64,000 nucleotides of DNA from Amoebidium appalachense (Eukaryota; Protista; Ichthyosporea). Where the stretch lies: contig CAVNZM010000010.1 of assembly GCA_963693365.1 (NCBI GenBank), positions 7,317,794-7,381,793 on the forward strand. Reading direction: 5' to 3'. The notes under the pieces were generated by a model. It searched no databases. It was given only the letters and a program-made list of their open reading frames with translations, and had not been told where the DNA came from. The position numbers and the translations under genes are program-made. Positions 12,820-23,700 of this stretch are shown piece after piece (the first letter of the stretch is position 1; each line of letters starts with the position of its first letter).

Positions 12820-12972
12820 AGCTACACCTTTCATTTAGTGCGGTTTCTCGCGCTAGGGTAACGCGGTGACAGTTCCTTCTGGGCTGTTGCTACACCTCAA
12901 ACACACAGAAAAAAAAAAAAAAAAAAAAAACAACATAAACACAACCACACAAGTTCGGGCACACACCACACA

Positions 12973-14310
12973 ATGGCTCAGTTTAACGTAGACATGTTCT
13001 ACGCACTGGCAGCGGAGGATAGCTCCCTGCACACACAGGTACCACAGGTTCATACACTAGACGTTAGACAGACCACAGCTTTCAGTTTTATACTCAAACA
13101 CGACTCGGAAATCCCTAGGTGGCTTAGGACACTCCTAGCTAACACACCCACACTAGTGTTAGACACAAAGAAGGCCCCCACTGTGGCGGCCTCGTGCTTA
13201 ATGATCAAACAGTGCATCGACCACAAAACAATGGCCGACTTATGCACCCTGATGGAGGAGCACCCGTACCGGGCCGAGCAGGCCCCCCAGGTGACGGCTC
13301 GTATATACGAGCAGCAGTACGACGAGGGGAGGGACGAGATGGTGTCCCGGACGCTCGGCCAGAAACGTCTGGCCGCACGGTTCATCCCCGACGACGAGGA
13401 CGAGAACAGCACCGACGACGTGGACGGGGAGCTCGAGGCCTTCACACGGCCGGAAAACGAGCTCGAGTATACGGCCCGGCTCGTCGGCCGATACCTGACG
13501 GCCGACCGGCGCCGTACCTTCCGGGCCCAGCTCAGAGAATGGAAGTATACCTTTCCCACTTTAGATATGTCCCCCGTAGAAGCTCGTGCATTCTTTGAGA
13601 GGGAATATCGGGTCTTTGAAGACCTTTGTGAGTTAGCTGGTGACGTGAGTGATAGGGAAAAATTCGAGTTTGCTCGTAAGGCTCTCTCTGTAAACACAGA
13701 CACTGCACGCATGTTTGGGGAGCATGATGATGTAGATGAGGTGGTGTTGCATGTTAAACGTCACTTGCTTGCCATGCACGAGGTGAAGTTCAATAAGAGG
13801 GATAAAAAGGAGGTGATGGAAGTAGACAAGAAAAAGAAGGAGAGTGGACAGAAGGGGGAAAAAGAGAAAAAAGAGGGTGAACAGCCAGATGCACTCACCA
13901 TGTTGGTCATTGAGCAGGTTGCCGAGCTCTCCCAGGCCGTCTTCTCTGGCCGAGGGGGCTTCGGCTTCCGGGGTGGCCGTGGCGGCGACCGGGGTGGACA
14001 CGGCGGTCGTGGCCGAGGTGGACGGGGAGGACAACAGCAGCAGTTCACCGAGAGGTTTGCCCCTTATCTTGCTCGTGGTGGTGGGCAGGGTAGAGGGAGG
14101 GGTGGAAATGGTGGTGAGAGAGGCCGAGGGGGGCAGGGGGGAAGGGGGGGCCGTGGTGCACACGGTGGGCCCCCCCAGCATGACCGGGCTCCCGGTTATG
14201 CTTTGCGCCAAGGTTTTGAAGTCCCCCCTGGCCCCTTCTTTGGTGCATGTTACTTTTGTGGCCGGCAAGGGCACTCTGCTGCATATTGCCGTAGTTACAA
14301 GAGCTATTGA
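12973..14310 (+). CDS. gag: Gypsy Gag (445 aa) with RGG-rich region and CCHC zinc knuckle
   Basis: Open ORF just after the 5' LTR, with RGG repeats and C-terminal CYFCGRQGHSAAYC (CX2CX4HX4C). Confidence 0.9.
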   Translation: MAQFNVDMFYALAAEDSSLHTQVPQVHTLDVRQTTAFSFILKHDSEIPRWLRTLLANTPTLVLDTKKAPTVAASCLMIKQCIDHKTMADLCTLMEEHPYRAEQAPQVTARIYEQQYDEGRDEMVSRTLGQKRLAARFIPDDEDENSTDDVDGELEAFTRPENELEYTARLVGRYLTADRRRTFRAQLREWKYTFPTLDMSPVEARAFFEREYRVFEDLCELAGDVSDREKFEFARKALSVNTDTARMFGEHDDVDEVVLHVKRHLLAMHEVKFNKRDKKEVMEVDKKKKESGQKGEKEKKEGEQPDALTMLVIEQVAELSQAVFSGRGGFGFRGGRGGDRGGHGGRGRGGRGGQQQQFTERFAPYLARGGGQGRGRGGNGGERGRGGQGGRGGRGAHGGPPQHDRAPGYALRQGFEVPPGPFFGACYFCGRQGHSAAYCRSYKSY

Positions 14311-14358
14311 GTTCCGGGGGAGGGGGAAGCTGGGGTCACTGAGGGAGGGGGGGGGGAC

Positions 14359-15066
14359 TGTTATTTTGTGTGGGTAAACGGAGAAGCAGAGAGCACAGAT
14401 GGGTGTTATGTAAAACACAACACAAAGACACACGGGAAAAACACAACCGGAGAGGAGGAACGATTTCTGGAACCATAGGAAGTGAATACGACTGCTTTTT
14501 TTTTATTTCAAGATGAGGTCCCTTTTATACTTGGGAATGTGAAACGATAAACCAATCAAAAGAATGAAAACTATGAGTGTAAAATATATCGAATAAAATG
14601 TCTGTCGACATTTAGAATATAAAACTCAATCCTCTAATGAAAGAAACTTCTAATAAAAGCACGGAAACATTTAATAAAATGAAACCACTTATGTAACTAT
14701 TAATTCATAACATATATTTATACATGTTCTTATCATAACACGTCTAAATATAATTATTCCTAATAGTTGAAGAACATAGCACAATGCTACGTCGTGGGAA
14801 AGGAATGAGAAAGGAATGTAAGTTACTATATTTGGGAAAATACAAACGAGATATGATTGGATGACATATATAGATTTTGACGCAAACGACAATACGTGTG
14901 CGCGAGCTAAGTATGTCGATACGTACACAGATCTAAGATGTCGTGTACACGGAAACGGAAAAGAAAGAAAGAAATGAAGAAAGGAAAAGGAAACAAACTA
15001 CAACAACTAATAAATAAATACCAAACTCAACTTCTAAGTCTTGCTGAGAATTAAGTGAAGATGACA
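14359..15066 (-). repeat. Copia 3' LTR (708 bp)
   Basis: Direct repeat of 20035-20742. Confidence 0.95.
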
Positions 15067-15593
15067 TCCCCACTCAAGGGTTGGAAGTTGGGTTCTCGTG
15101 AAGTTTGTTGATGTGACTGTTGATGTTAAGACTTTCACACATGTAGAAGTAGGTGCCGTGAAGTCACAGTCAAGTTTCCCCACTCGAGAAGACAATGGAG
15201 AAGACTTGAAGGTGCAAGCCGGGGAAGAAAACCAAAACGGAAGAAGCACACAACGACGGTTGCCTCTGAAGACTCGGAAGATGACGGTAGCCAATGACGT
15301 GATATATAAATATATATAGAAGAAACAACTAGTGTATGTGTGACGTGTTGGTGGCTAATGATAAATACATTATATATATGGTGGTATATAAATAAACGAC
15401 GGATGGTGGAGAAGAAATCCCCACTGAAGATGCACACACTGAAGATCGATGAAGACAGCAGTAGACTTTCGTTGGGAGGTGTCTCTACACGGTGATGTGT
15501 AGACCACTGGCCAGGGCCCCAACCTACTTGAAGACCACTGTAGATGAACCGGGGGGGGGGGGGGGGGGGGGGGAGGGGGGGGGGGGGGCACAC

Positions 15594-18500
15594 TCAGTCA
15601 CGAAGACTGAGTGAATCACGGTGCTGCTCGTGGGAGGGCCCGGGCAGGGGCTTGGTGAAGATGTCAGCCACGTTGTCTTTGCTGGACACGTAGGTGACGA
15701 CCACATCCCCACTCTTGATGTAGTCCTTCGTGTTGTGGTAACGGACTGCAATGTGTTTGGTCCGGTGCTTGATGCTGTTGGTGTGCAGGAGGGCAATGGT
15801 GGACTGGTTGTCACAGTAGACGGGGGTGGGGTCGGTCATCGGGTAGCCGAGTTCACGGAGGAGATCACGGTGCCAGATGACGTTTTGAACAGCAGCATTG
15901 ATGGCCAGAAGCTCAGCCTCGGTGGTGGATGTTGCCGTGATGGACTGCAGCTTCGAATACCATGTGATGGGTATGCGCTTGAAGAAGATGACGTATCCGG
16001 TGGTTGAACGACGGGTGTTGGGGCAGTTGGCAAAGTCAGCATCAGAATAACACTCCAGCAAGGGGGTGTTGTCGTCGGAAGCAGACTTGTCGTAGTGAAG
16101 GCCGAGGTTGGAAGTGCCGATGAGGTACCGAACTACACGGAGTAGACATTCCCATGCAAGTTTGGTGGGGTTGGCACTGAATCTACCGAGGTAGCCGATG
16201 GCAAAGGAGATGTCGGGCCGGGAACAACGAGCAACCCACAAAAGACGGCCGAGTAGTTCACGGTAGGGAACCTTGATGGGTGGTGAGTCGTTCTCGTTGA
16301 TGGTGATGACGGTGCCGACGGGAATGGGAGTAGCCTTGGGGTGAGCATCGTTGAGGTTGAAGTCTCTGACGATGTCGTTGATGTAGGATTGCTGAAGCAG
16401 CTTGAGGTGACCGGGGGTGTGGATGAGCTGGGTGCCAAGGAAGATGTCGGGAAGGTCAACCTTGCAGAGAGCTGACTTCATGATGTGGTCTACTAGATCC
16501 TTGGTGTGGGAGGAGTTGGCCGTGCAGATGATGATGACGTCGTCCACATAGTTGCCAGTGAGGATGATGTCACCGTTGGGGAAGGTCTTGATGTAGACAC
16601 ATGGATCTGAACGGAGACGTTCGAGACCGTGAGCAAGGAGGACCTTGTCGAAGTACTCATACCAGGCCAGTGATGCTTGCTTGAGCCCGTAGAGTGCCTT
16701 CTTAAGTTTCCAGACCTTGTGTTCGTTGCCGGGGGTGATGAAGCCAGGTGGTGGCTCAATGTAGATGTCTTCTTGAAGAGGACTGTTGAGGAAGGCAGTT
16801 GAGACGTCGAGTTGATGAATCTCATGGTTGCCGTCCACACCGATGGCAAGGAGGGCACGGACGGAGGAGGACATCACCACGGGGGAAGAGGTGTCACCGT
16901 AGTCAACACCGTAGACTTGAGTGAAGCCCTTTGCAACACCACGAGCTTTGATCTTGGTGTCACCGGCTGAGTTGAGGACTTTCTCAGTCACAATCCACTT
17001 GAACTTGATGATGTTGGCACCAGGGGGGGGATCAACAATGGTGAAGACATCCTTGGTGATGAAGGCTTGGTACTCGGAGGTGAGGGCAGCTATGACGGCA
17101 TCACCGTTGGGACCGTTGCAAAGCTTTTGAATGCCCTTGGGGAGCTGGTCAATGTTGATGGTCGGTGCTACGATGCTGACCAGTGCCGTTGGAGTCTTGG
17201 TGAGACGTGTAGACCGACGAAGGTTGGGCTTGGGGGGGTCCTTGAGGGGGGTGGTGGCCGGGTAGGTGGTGGAGGCCGGGATAGGGGCATGGAAGCCAGG
17301 AATAGGACCGGTGGTGAGGGGGGCATCGGTGTCCACAGGGCTGCTCGTGGCCGAGTGGAAGGTGGGGGACCCAGGACGAACCGGAGTCATGTAGCCGGGT
17401 TGATGCACAGCAACGGGGGGGGCCGGCAGCAAGGGTTGTTGGCCAGTGGGGGGGGGGCTCGGGGGAGGCACGGGTTCAACCGGGGCTGGTTGGTTGTGCC
17501 AGGACGGTTGGGAGATGACCACAGACGGAGTTTCATCGTCGTCGTCGGAGGGGGGGTCCAATGTCGGCAGATCGGGTTTGGGGGGAACGGAGACCTGATT
17601 GGTGCTGCCCGTGAATTTCGACTCGTCGAAGATCACATCACGGCAGATCTTGATTTGGTTGCTGGCATGGTCGAGGATCTTGTGTGCCTTGGAGGGTAGG
17701 TCCCAGCCGACGTAGGTGCCGACTCTGACGGTTGATGCCAGCTTGTTCCTCTTTGACCGGGGAACATGCACATAGGCAGGGGAGCCGAACACGTGGAGCT
17801 GGGAGACGTCGGGTTTGAAGCCGTGGAAGGCCTCGAAGGGAGTGTTGCCGTTGGCAGCAGATGACGGTGTGACGTTGATGATGTAGCTTGTATGCTTGAG
17901 AGCAGCAACCCACAACTTGGGAGAGAGAGGTTGGTCCTTGTCGGCATGGAGGAAGCAACGGACTGTCTCTTGCAGTTCTCTCATCTTCCGTTCAACAACA
18001 CCATTGTGTTGTGGTGTGTCGACGGGGGCAAACTCCATGATGATGCCTTTCTGCTTGCAGTAGGCCTCGGTGTCCTTGGAGGTGAACTCAGAGCCGGAGT
18101 CAAACCGAAGATGGGTGACGATCTCAGGTGTCTGACGTTCGATGGTTTCAACGAGAGACTGAATATGGCTGAGGGTTTCACCACGGTTGTAAAGGGGGAA
18201 CACGGTGGTGTAACCGGTGGCATCACAAACACACACCAGAGCAACCTTGTAGCCTCCGTAGGAAGCACAGGGAGCTTCGAAGAAGTCCAGGTGCCACTTA
18301 GCACCGGGAATGGTGAACCTGGAACGGGTGCCGGGAAAGGGGGCCTTGGTGGTCTTGCCAGACATGCAGCCGAAGCAGTCACTGTTGTCGGGTGACTTGA
18401 GGGAGGGGGGCATGCCGATGACAAGCTCATCCTTGGCCATCCTGGTGACGGTGGAGAGGGCACGGTGGCCGAGACGGTTGTGCCAAAGGGTGAGGTCGTC

Positions 18501-19958
18501 GGGTGGTTGAGTCCTTGCTGTGTAGGCTTGGACCCCCGGGTGTTTAGGAGTCTCAATCACATAGTCAGTGATGTAGTAGAGACCGTCGAGGGGGGTGAGA
18601 TCTGTAATAATGTCACCATTACGGCTGTAGAGGAACGACGGGTGGTTGTCTGTATCGTCACAATGACCTAGGAGGCCGGCAGCTGATGCCATGGAGGTAG
18701 ACACGAGGAAAGACGGTGCCTCGGGTACGTAGTAAGCATTGATGCTGCACGGTGTTGGGTGGCCGTTGTAGTGCAGTGTCATGTTGATGATGCCACGTTG
18801 TTTGGCATTGACTGTGCCGAGGCCGTGAATGGGGGTGGGAGGACACGGGGTAAGGGAGGAGAAATACTCCTTGATGGAGCAGATGTGTGCATTACAAGCA
18901 CTGTCCCAGACGGGGTCGTTACTGTCAGGTGTGCCGGTGGAGGAGATGAGTGCAAATTTCACACTCTTGTCACCTTTCTCCTGCTTGGCACGACGAGCAA
19001 CTGTGCAGCCAGGCTCCGGGCATGCTGTGATGTGGTGGGGCTCATGGCAGTAGGAACACTTCACACTGTTGGTGTTGTGCTGTCGGTTACGGTTGTCCCT
19101 GTTACCACGGTGGTAAGGGGAAGTTGAACGGGGGCCGGGTGACTTGGAGGGAGGACGAGGATCACGGGAACGGGACGGGGAACGGTGAGGTGTATGCTCA
19201 CGTCGAGGAATACGGTTACGGAGGTCACCGGGGGGAAGCACTCTGCTCTGGAGTGCACGGAGGGGACGGTTGTTGACGGTTGCACCTGTGCCTGCGTCGA
19301 TGAGGCCGGCACGGATTTCAGCTCCTCGGATGTCACTGATGAGCATGTTGAAGGACGGGTAGGCCTTGTTGTTCATCCAGTCGTCGGAGCAGAGACGTTC
19401 AATGTCGGGGCAGACCAGGGCTGTGTTCTTCCGGATGTGGAGGAAGAACTTACGTACGACATCCTTGTGCTGGACGGGTTCGTCGAGGCAGGCAAGTGTC
19501 GTAGCCAGACGTTGGAGACGGGTGAGGTATGCTGTGACGTTGGGGTAGTCTCGTAGTTCAAGCTCCTCGAAGGTGACTTGAATCTGGGTGACTCGGGCCT
19601 CCTTCTCTGCTACATACGCCATACGTAGGTTGTGGAAGACTTCACCACCGTGGACACCGTCTTGCATCCGGCCGGAGTCGTAGAGCTCGGTCGGGTGGAC
19701 GGACTGGTTGAGGATCTGGTCGAGGACGTCGGAAGCTTTCTTGTAGGAGTCCTTGGTGGTGTAGCCTAGCCACTGGTTGGCTTCAGCGCCGTCAACCCAC
19801 TGTGGCCTCTTGATAGCGTCAACGAATTTCTCGGCAATGGTGGTTCTAATGAACCGGTGAATGAGTGGCTCCCACTCGAAATAATTAAGACGTTTCTCGT
19901 CTCGTTTCTCGGACGGATTCCATATTGGAAGGTTGATATACGACGGTTTGTCAGTCAT
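15594..19958 (-). CDS. Copia Gag-Pol polyprotein (1454 aa): Gag, zinc knuckle, protease, integrase, RT, RNase H
   Basis: CSYCHEPHHITAC knuckle; VWDSAC protease motif; WHNRLGH...CFGC; DDE integrase (WHLD, RFDSGSEF, NGVVERK); KARGVAKGF, QLDVSTAFLN, LKKALYGLKQA and YVDD in RT; YSDAD/EAE/YCDN/ADIFTK in RNase H. The IN-before-RT order is diagnostic of copia. Confidence 0.97.
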   Translation of the reverse strand: MTDKPSYINLPIWNPSEKRDEKRLNYFEWEPLIHRFIRTTIAEKFVDAIKRPQWVDGAEANQWLGYTTKDSYKKASDVLDQILNQSVHPTELYDSGRMQDGVHGGEVFHNLRMAYVAEKEARVTQIQVTFEELELRDYPNVTAYLTRLQRLATTLACLDEPVQHKDVVRKFFLHIRKNTALVCPDIERLCSDDWMNNKAYPSFNMLISDIRGAEIRAGLIDAGTGATVNNRPLRALQSRVLPPGDLRNRIPRREHTPHRSPSRSRDPRPPSKSPGPRSTSPYHRGNRDNRNRQHNTNSVKCSYCHEPHHITACPEPGCTVARRAKQEKGDKSVKFALISSTGTPDSNDPVWDSACNAHICSIKEYFSSLTPCPPTPIHGLGTVNAKQRGIINMTLHYNGHPTPCSINAYYVPEAPSFLVSTSMASAAGLLGHCDDTDNHPSFLYSRNGDIITDLTPLDGLYYITDYVIETPKHPGVQAYTARTQPPDDLTLWHNRLGHRALSTVTRMAKDELVIGMPPSLKSPDNSDCFGCMSGKTTKAPFPGTRSRFTIPGAKWHLDFFEAPCASYGGYKVALVCVCDATGYTTVFPLYNRGETLSHIQSLVETIERQTPEIVTHLRFDSGSEFTSKDTEAYCKQKGIIMEFAPVDTPQHNGVVERKMRELQETVRCFLHADKDQPLSPKLWVAALKHTSYIINVTPSSAANGNTPFEAFHGFKPDVSQLHVFGSPAYVHVPRSKRNKLASTVRVGTYVGWDLPSKAHKILDHASNQIKICRDVIFDESKFTGSTNQVSVPPKPDLPTLDPPSDDDDETPSVVISQPSWHNQPAPVEPVPPPSPPPTGQQPLLPAPPVAVHQPGYMTPVRPGSPTFHSATSSPVDTDAPLTTGPIPGFHAPIPASTTYPATTPLKDPPKPNLRRSTRLTKTPTALVSIVAPTINIDQLPKGIQKLCNGPNGDAVIAALTSEYQAFITKDVFTIVDPPPGANIIKFKWIVTEKVLNSAGDTKIKARGVAKGFTQVYGVDYGDTSSPVVMSSSVRALLAIGVDGNHEIHQLDVSTAFLNSPLQEDIYIEPPPGFITPGNEHKVWKLKKALYGLKQASLAWYEYFDKVLLAHGLERLRSDPCVYIKTFPNGDIILTGNYVDDVIIICTANSSHTKDLVDHIMKSALCKVDLPDIFLGTQLIHTPGHLKLLQQSYINDIVRDFNLNDAHPKATPIPVGTVITINENDSPPIKVPYRELLGRLLWVARCSRPDISFAIGYLGRFSANPTKLAWECLLRVVRYLIGTSNLGLHYDKSASDDNTPLLECYSDADFANCPNTRRSTTGYVIFFKRIPITWYSKLQSITATSTTEAELLAINAAVQNVIWHRDLLRELGYPMTDPTPVYCDNQSTIALLHTNSIKHRTKHIAVRYHNTKDYIKSGDVVVTYVSSKDNVADIFTKPLPGPSHEQHRDSLSLRD

Positions 19959-20020
19959 GATTGAAGCAGTAAGACTGAGAGATTTTCGCGGTTGTAGCGA
20001 GATTGTGTGTTAGCGTGCAA

Positions 20021-20034
20021 AGGGGCCGTAAACC
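20021..20034 (-). promoter_or_regulatory. Copia primer-binding site of half-tRNA type (GGTTTACGGCCCCT)
   Basis: Directly abuts the 5' LTR on the minus strand, starts GGTT rather than TGG, and is complementary to an anticodon-arm-like AGGGG-CCGTAAA-CC. Confidence 0.65.
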
Positions 20035-20742
20035 TGTTATTTTGTGTGGGTAAACGGAGAAGCAGAGAGCACAGATGGGTGTTATGTAAAACACAACACA
20101 AAGACACACGGGAAAAACACAACCGGAGAGGAGGAACGATTTCTGGAACCATAGGAAGTGAATACGACTGCTTTTTTTTTATTTCAAGATGAGGTCCCTT
20201 TTATACTTGGGAATGTGAAACGATAAACCAATCAAAAGAATGAAAACTATGAGTGTAAAATATATCGAATAAAATGTCTGTCGACATTTAGAATATAAAA
20301 CTCAATCCTCTAATGAAAGAAACTTCTAATAAAAGCACGGAAACATTTAATAAAATGAAACCACTTATGTAACTATTAATTCATAACATATATTTATACA
20401 TGTTCTTATCATAACACGTCTAAATATAATTATTCCTAATAGTTGAAGAACATAGCACAATGCTACGTCGTGGGAAAGGAATGAGAAAGGAATGTAAGTT
20501 ACTATATTTGGGAAAATACAAACGAGATATGATTGGATGACATATATAGATTTTGACGCAAACGACAATACGTGTGCGCGAGCTAAGTATGTCGATACGT
20601 ACACAGATCTAAGATGTCGTGTACACGGAAACGGAAAAGAAAGAAAGAAATGAAGAAAGGAAAAGGAAACAAACTACAACAACTAATAAATAAATACCAA
20701 ACTCAACTTCTAAGTCTTGCTGAGAATTAAGTGAAGATGACA
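20035..20742 (-). repeat. Copia 5' LTR (708 bp)
   Basis: Direct repeat of 14359-15066, followed on the minus strand by the PBS and gag-pol. Confidence 0.95.
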
Positions 20743-20747
20743 GGGAC

Positions 20748-23700
20748 AGTATCGGTCCCCCCCAGGTTGCAGAGAACCTTCACCCTCCCCCACCCCAGGT
20801 TAAGCTTCCCTTTGCCCCCTCACCGCCCCGATACGTGTGGGAGCCGGGCATCGTCGTGGGTCCTCAAGACAGCGTCGAGGTGGTATGGCATGAATGTTTG
20901 TGGGGTGACTCTACCAAAGGTATGAATGGTGTGAATGTTTTGTGGTTGGGGGAGGTTCCCCAGCCACAAGTGGATGGTCTCAGTGTTTCTTGTCCCAACC
21001 CGGTGTTTGTTCTAACCACACCGGAGGGGGTTTCTGTGCCATTGTTTCCGGGAGGGGGGGGGACACACACGAGTAAAGAGGGAAGGGGGGGGAAGGCACA
21101 GACACATAGAAACACACCACCACAACAACATACGACGGTTGCAGACACACCTACACCCACACACACACCCACACATACACCAAACACACACACACCACCC
21201 ACCCACACACCACACACACACACTCCACCACCACCCACATCACATTCACACACCCCACCCCACCCGTGCAGGCACCACAGGAAGGTATGTTGCACGTAGG
21301 TATCGAGGGTGTGAGTCTTCGTGGGCAGGGATTGGGTGTGAGTGATGATGTGTTGCTTGAATTGGAGGAGGATTTAGTTGGTTTTAGCCGGCATTATATA
21401 GACGTATGGTTAGCTGATGGTAAGTTGAAGGCTGTTGCTTTGCTCGATGGAGGGGCTCAGGTTAATTGTGTGCATGCTTCGTTTATTCGTCGTTTTAATC
21501 AGGCCGGGGGGGAAATTCCTATTTTAGATGCTTCTAGCACAGCCTTAGGTAGTGCTAATAATAGTAGTATGTCTGTGGAAGGTGTTTGTGTGTTGCCGTG
21601 TGAGATAGGTGGCCAGGCTATGCATATTGCTTGTTATGTGGTTAAGGATTTAGCTCAAAGTGTTTTGTTGGGAGCCCCATTTTTCCGTAGACATGTGAAT
21701 GCTTTGTTTGAACGTACGAATGTTTTAGAATTGCAGTCCGGCGTTAAAATTAAAACCCATGATGGGCTCGACGGTTATCAGTCTGGTGCTAGAACGGTAG
21801 CTGAAGTAGTAATCGAGCCTTATCAGTGCCAAACGGTACATGTCCGGGCCGGCAATCATGTTAGGATAGGGGATTTAGGGGGTTTTACCCCGAAAACCCC
21901 ATTTCAGGAGGTGGCCCAATGGACCCTTAGTAGGGTATGGCCGGATAAGACAATGGAAAAAAAAAAAATGAATCCGAGCATCGAGCCTATAGTGATTAGG
22001 TCAGGTGTTTCCGTCGGTAGTTTCACTAATGAGATTGGTAGTATAGAGGTCTCTCTTATTACCCAAAAGGAGGATGCCGGCTCGAAGGGTGACTCAGGAG
22101 GAGGGGGAACAACTTTATTTAACGTTAGCCACCAAAATGTCACCCGACACGATGGGGGGGGGGGACCGGGACAGCACCGGTCCCACTCCCCCGACCCCCA
22201 AGAGGAAGGAGGGTCACCCCGGGTGTGAGAATGTGCAGGCAGGGGGGGAGGGTGTTGGTCTAACCCGTGGATCTGACGGGTTAACCAACACCGTGGGGGG
22301 CAGGGTGGCCACAGACCTGGCCCCCCACATACATGCACTAACTCATCAGGAATTGCCCGGGGGCATTGGTGTGCCGGGGGGAGGGGGGGGTGCTAAGGGT
22401 GACCGCCTATATCCGGAGGTACCTCAACCTCACCCCGAGCAGCACCGATGTAATACAGGAGGTGAAATGTTAAGTGGCACTCCGGTGAATAAGGATGCAT
22501 CCACTTGTGATGGGGGTAACCCGGAGTTAGTATTGCCGTTTGGTATGAAGGAGGGGGATTGGACGGTAGAACAGAAAAAATTGCTAGCTAAGTTATTTGA
22601 TAGGACTCGGTTTGCATTTCTGGCCGATGATAACGAAGTAGGCTTCGTTAAAGGGTTTGAAATGCAGATCGACACAGGTGATAATAGGCCGGTACTGATG
22701 CCTAGCTATAGAATGGAGCAGTATAAATTGTCGGATGCGCTAATAATAGTGAGTGATATGTTAAAAAAGGGTCATGTGGAGCATAGTTCGAGTCCGTGGA
22801 GAAGTCCGGTGCTATTGGTTAAGAAGCCCGACGGGTCTTGGCGTCTAGTGAACGATTACAGGGCTCTGAATCGGATCACTAAGGCAGACCAATGGCCTCT
22901 CCCTAACATAGACGAGCAGCTTTCACAGCTGCACGGCTATACTCACTTTGCTAAACTTGATTTAAAAGCAGCTTTTTGGCAGATAAGGTTGGAGGAGAGC
23001 AGCAAGGAGAAGACTGCCTTTGCACTGGGTGACCAGCTGTTCCAGTACAAGGTGGTGCCGATGGGTTTGCTCTCCTCTCCAGCTATGTTGTGCTGGGTAA
23101 TGTATAAAATTCTCCACCCTCATTTGGATGTATGCCACCCTTATTTGGATGATGTTTTAATTAAAGGTAGGTCATTTGAGGAGTTAGTTAATAATTGTGA
23201 AAAGTATTTTTAGCTTTGGGTGAGTCTGGTCTTCGTATTAGCGGTAGCAAGACTGTGATTGGTGTGCCGGAGGTTAAGTTTTTAGGTCATATTGTATCTA
23301 GTAATGGTCTTTCCCCTGATCCGGAGAAAATCCGGGCCATAGTTGAGTGGCCCCGTCCTCAGACTGTCACTCAACTAAGGCAATTTTTAGGTTTAACTAA
23401 TTATCTTCGTCGTTATATTAAGGATTATAGTATGCTTGCTTTGCCGTTAACTAGTCAGACGGGGGGGGAGAAGAAGAATAGAATAGATTGGAATGTTGAT
23501 GCTGTTTCTGCTTTCGAAAAGCTTAAGTTAGCTTTGCAGTCTTCGAGTATGCTTGTTCATCCTGATTTTTCGGCCGGGGGGGGGATGTTTAAAGTTCGGT
23601 GTGATGCAAGTAAGGTTGCTGAGGGGGCCGTGTTATATCAAGTGCAGGAGGGGCAGGATAGAGTGATTGCTTATGCTAGTCGTTCATTTAGTAAAAGTGA

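Larger units (their letters stand above)
14359..20742 (-). mobile_element. Ty1/copia LTR retrotransposon, intact, 6384 bp
   Basis: 708-bp LTRs 14359-15066 and 20035-20742 (TG...CA, identical by eye), TSD GGGAC (14354-14358 and 20743-20747), PPT-like TTGAGTGGGGA next to the 3' LTR on the minus strand, single long ORF. Confidence 0.97.

Noticed and set aside
14689-14928. Identical 79-aa ORF here and at 20365-20604
   Set aside because: Inside the copia LTRs, AT-rich and without coding signature.
15067-15593. env-like extra ORF in the copia 3' region
   Set aside because: The ORFs are short, have non-ATG starts, run through a poly-C tract and show no convincing envelope features; treated as 3' UTR.
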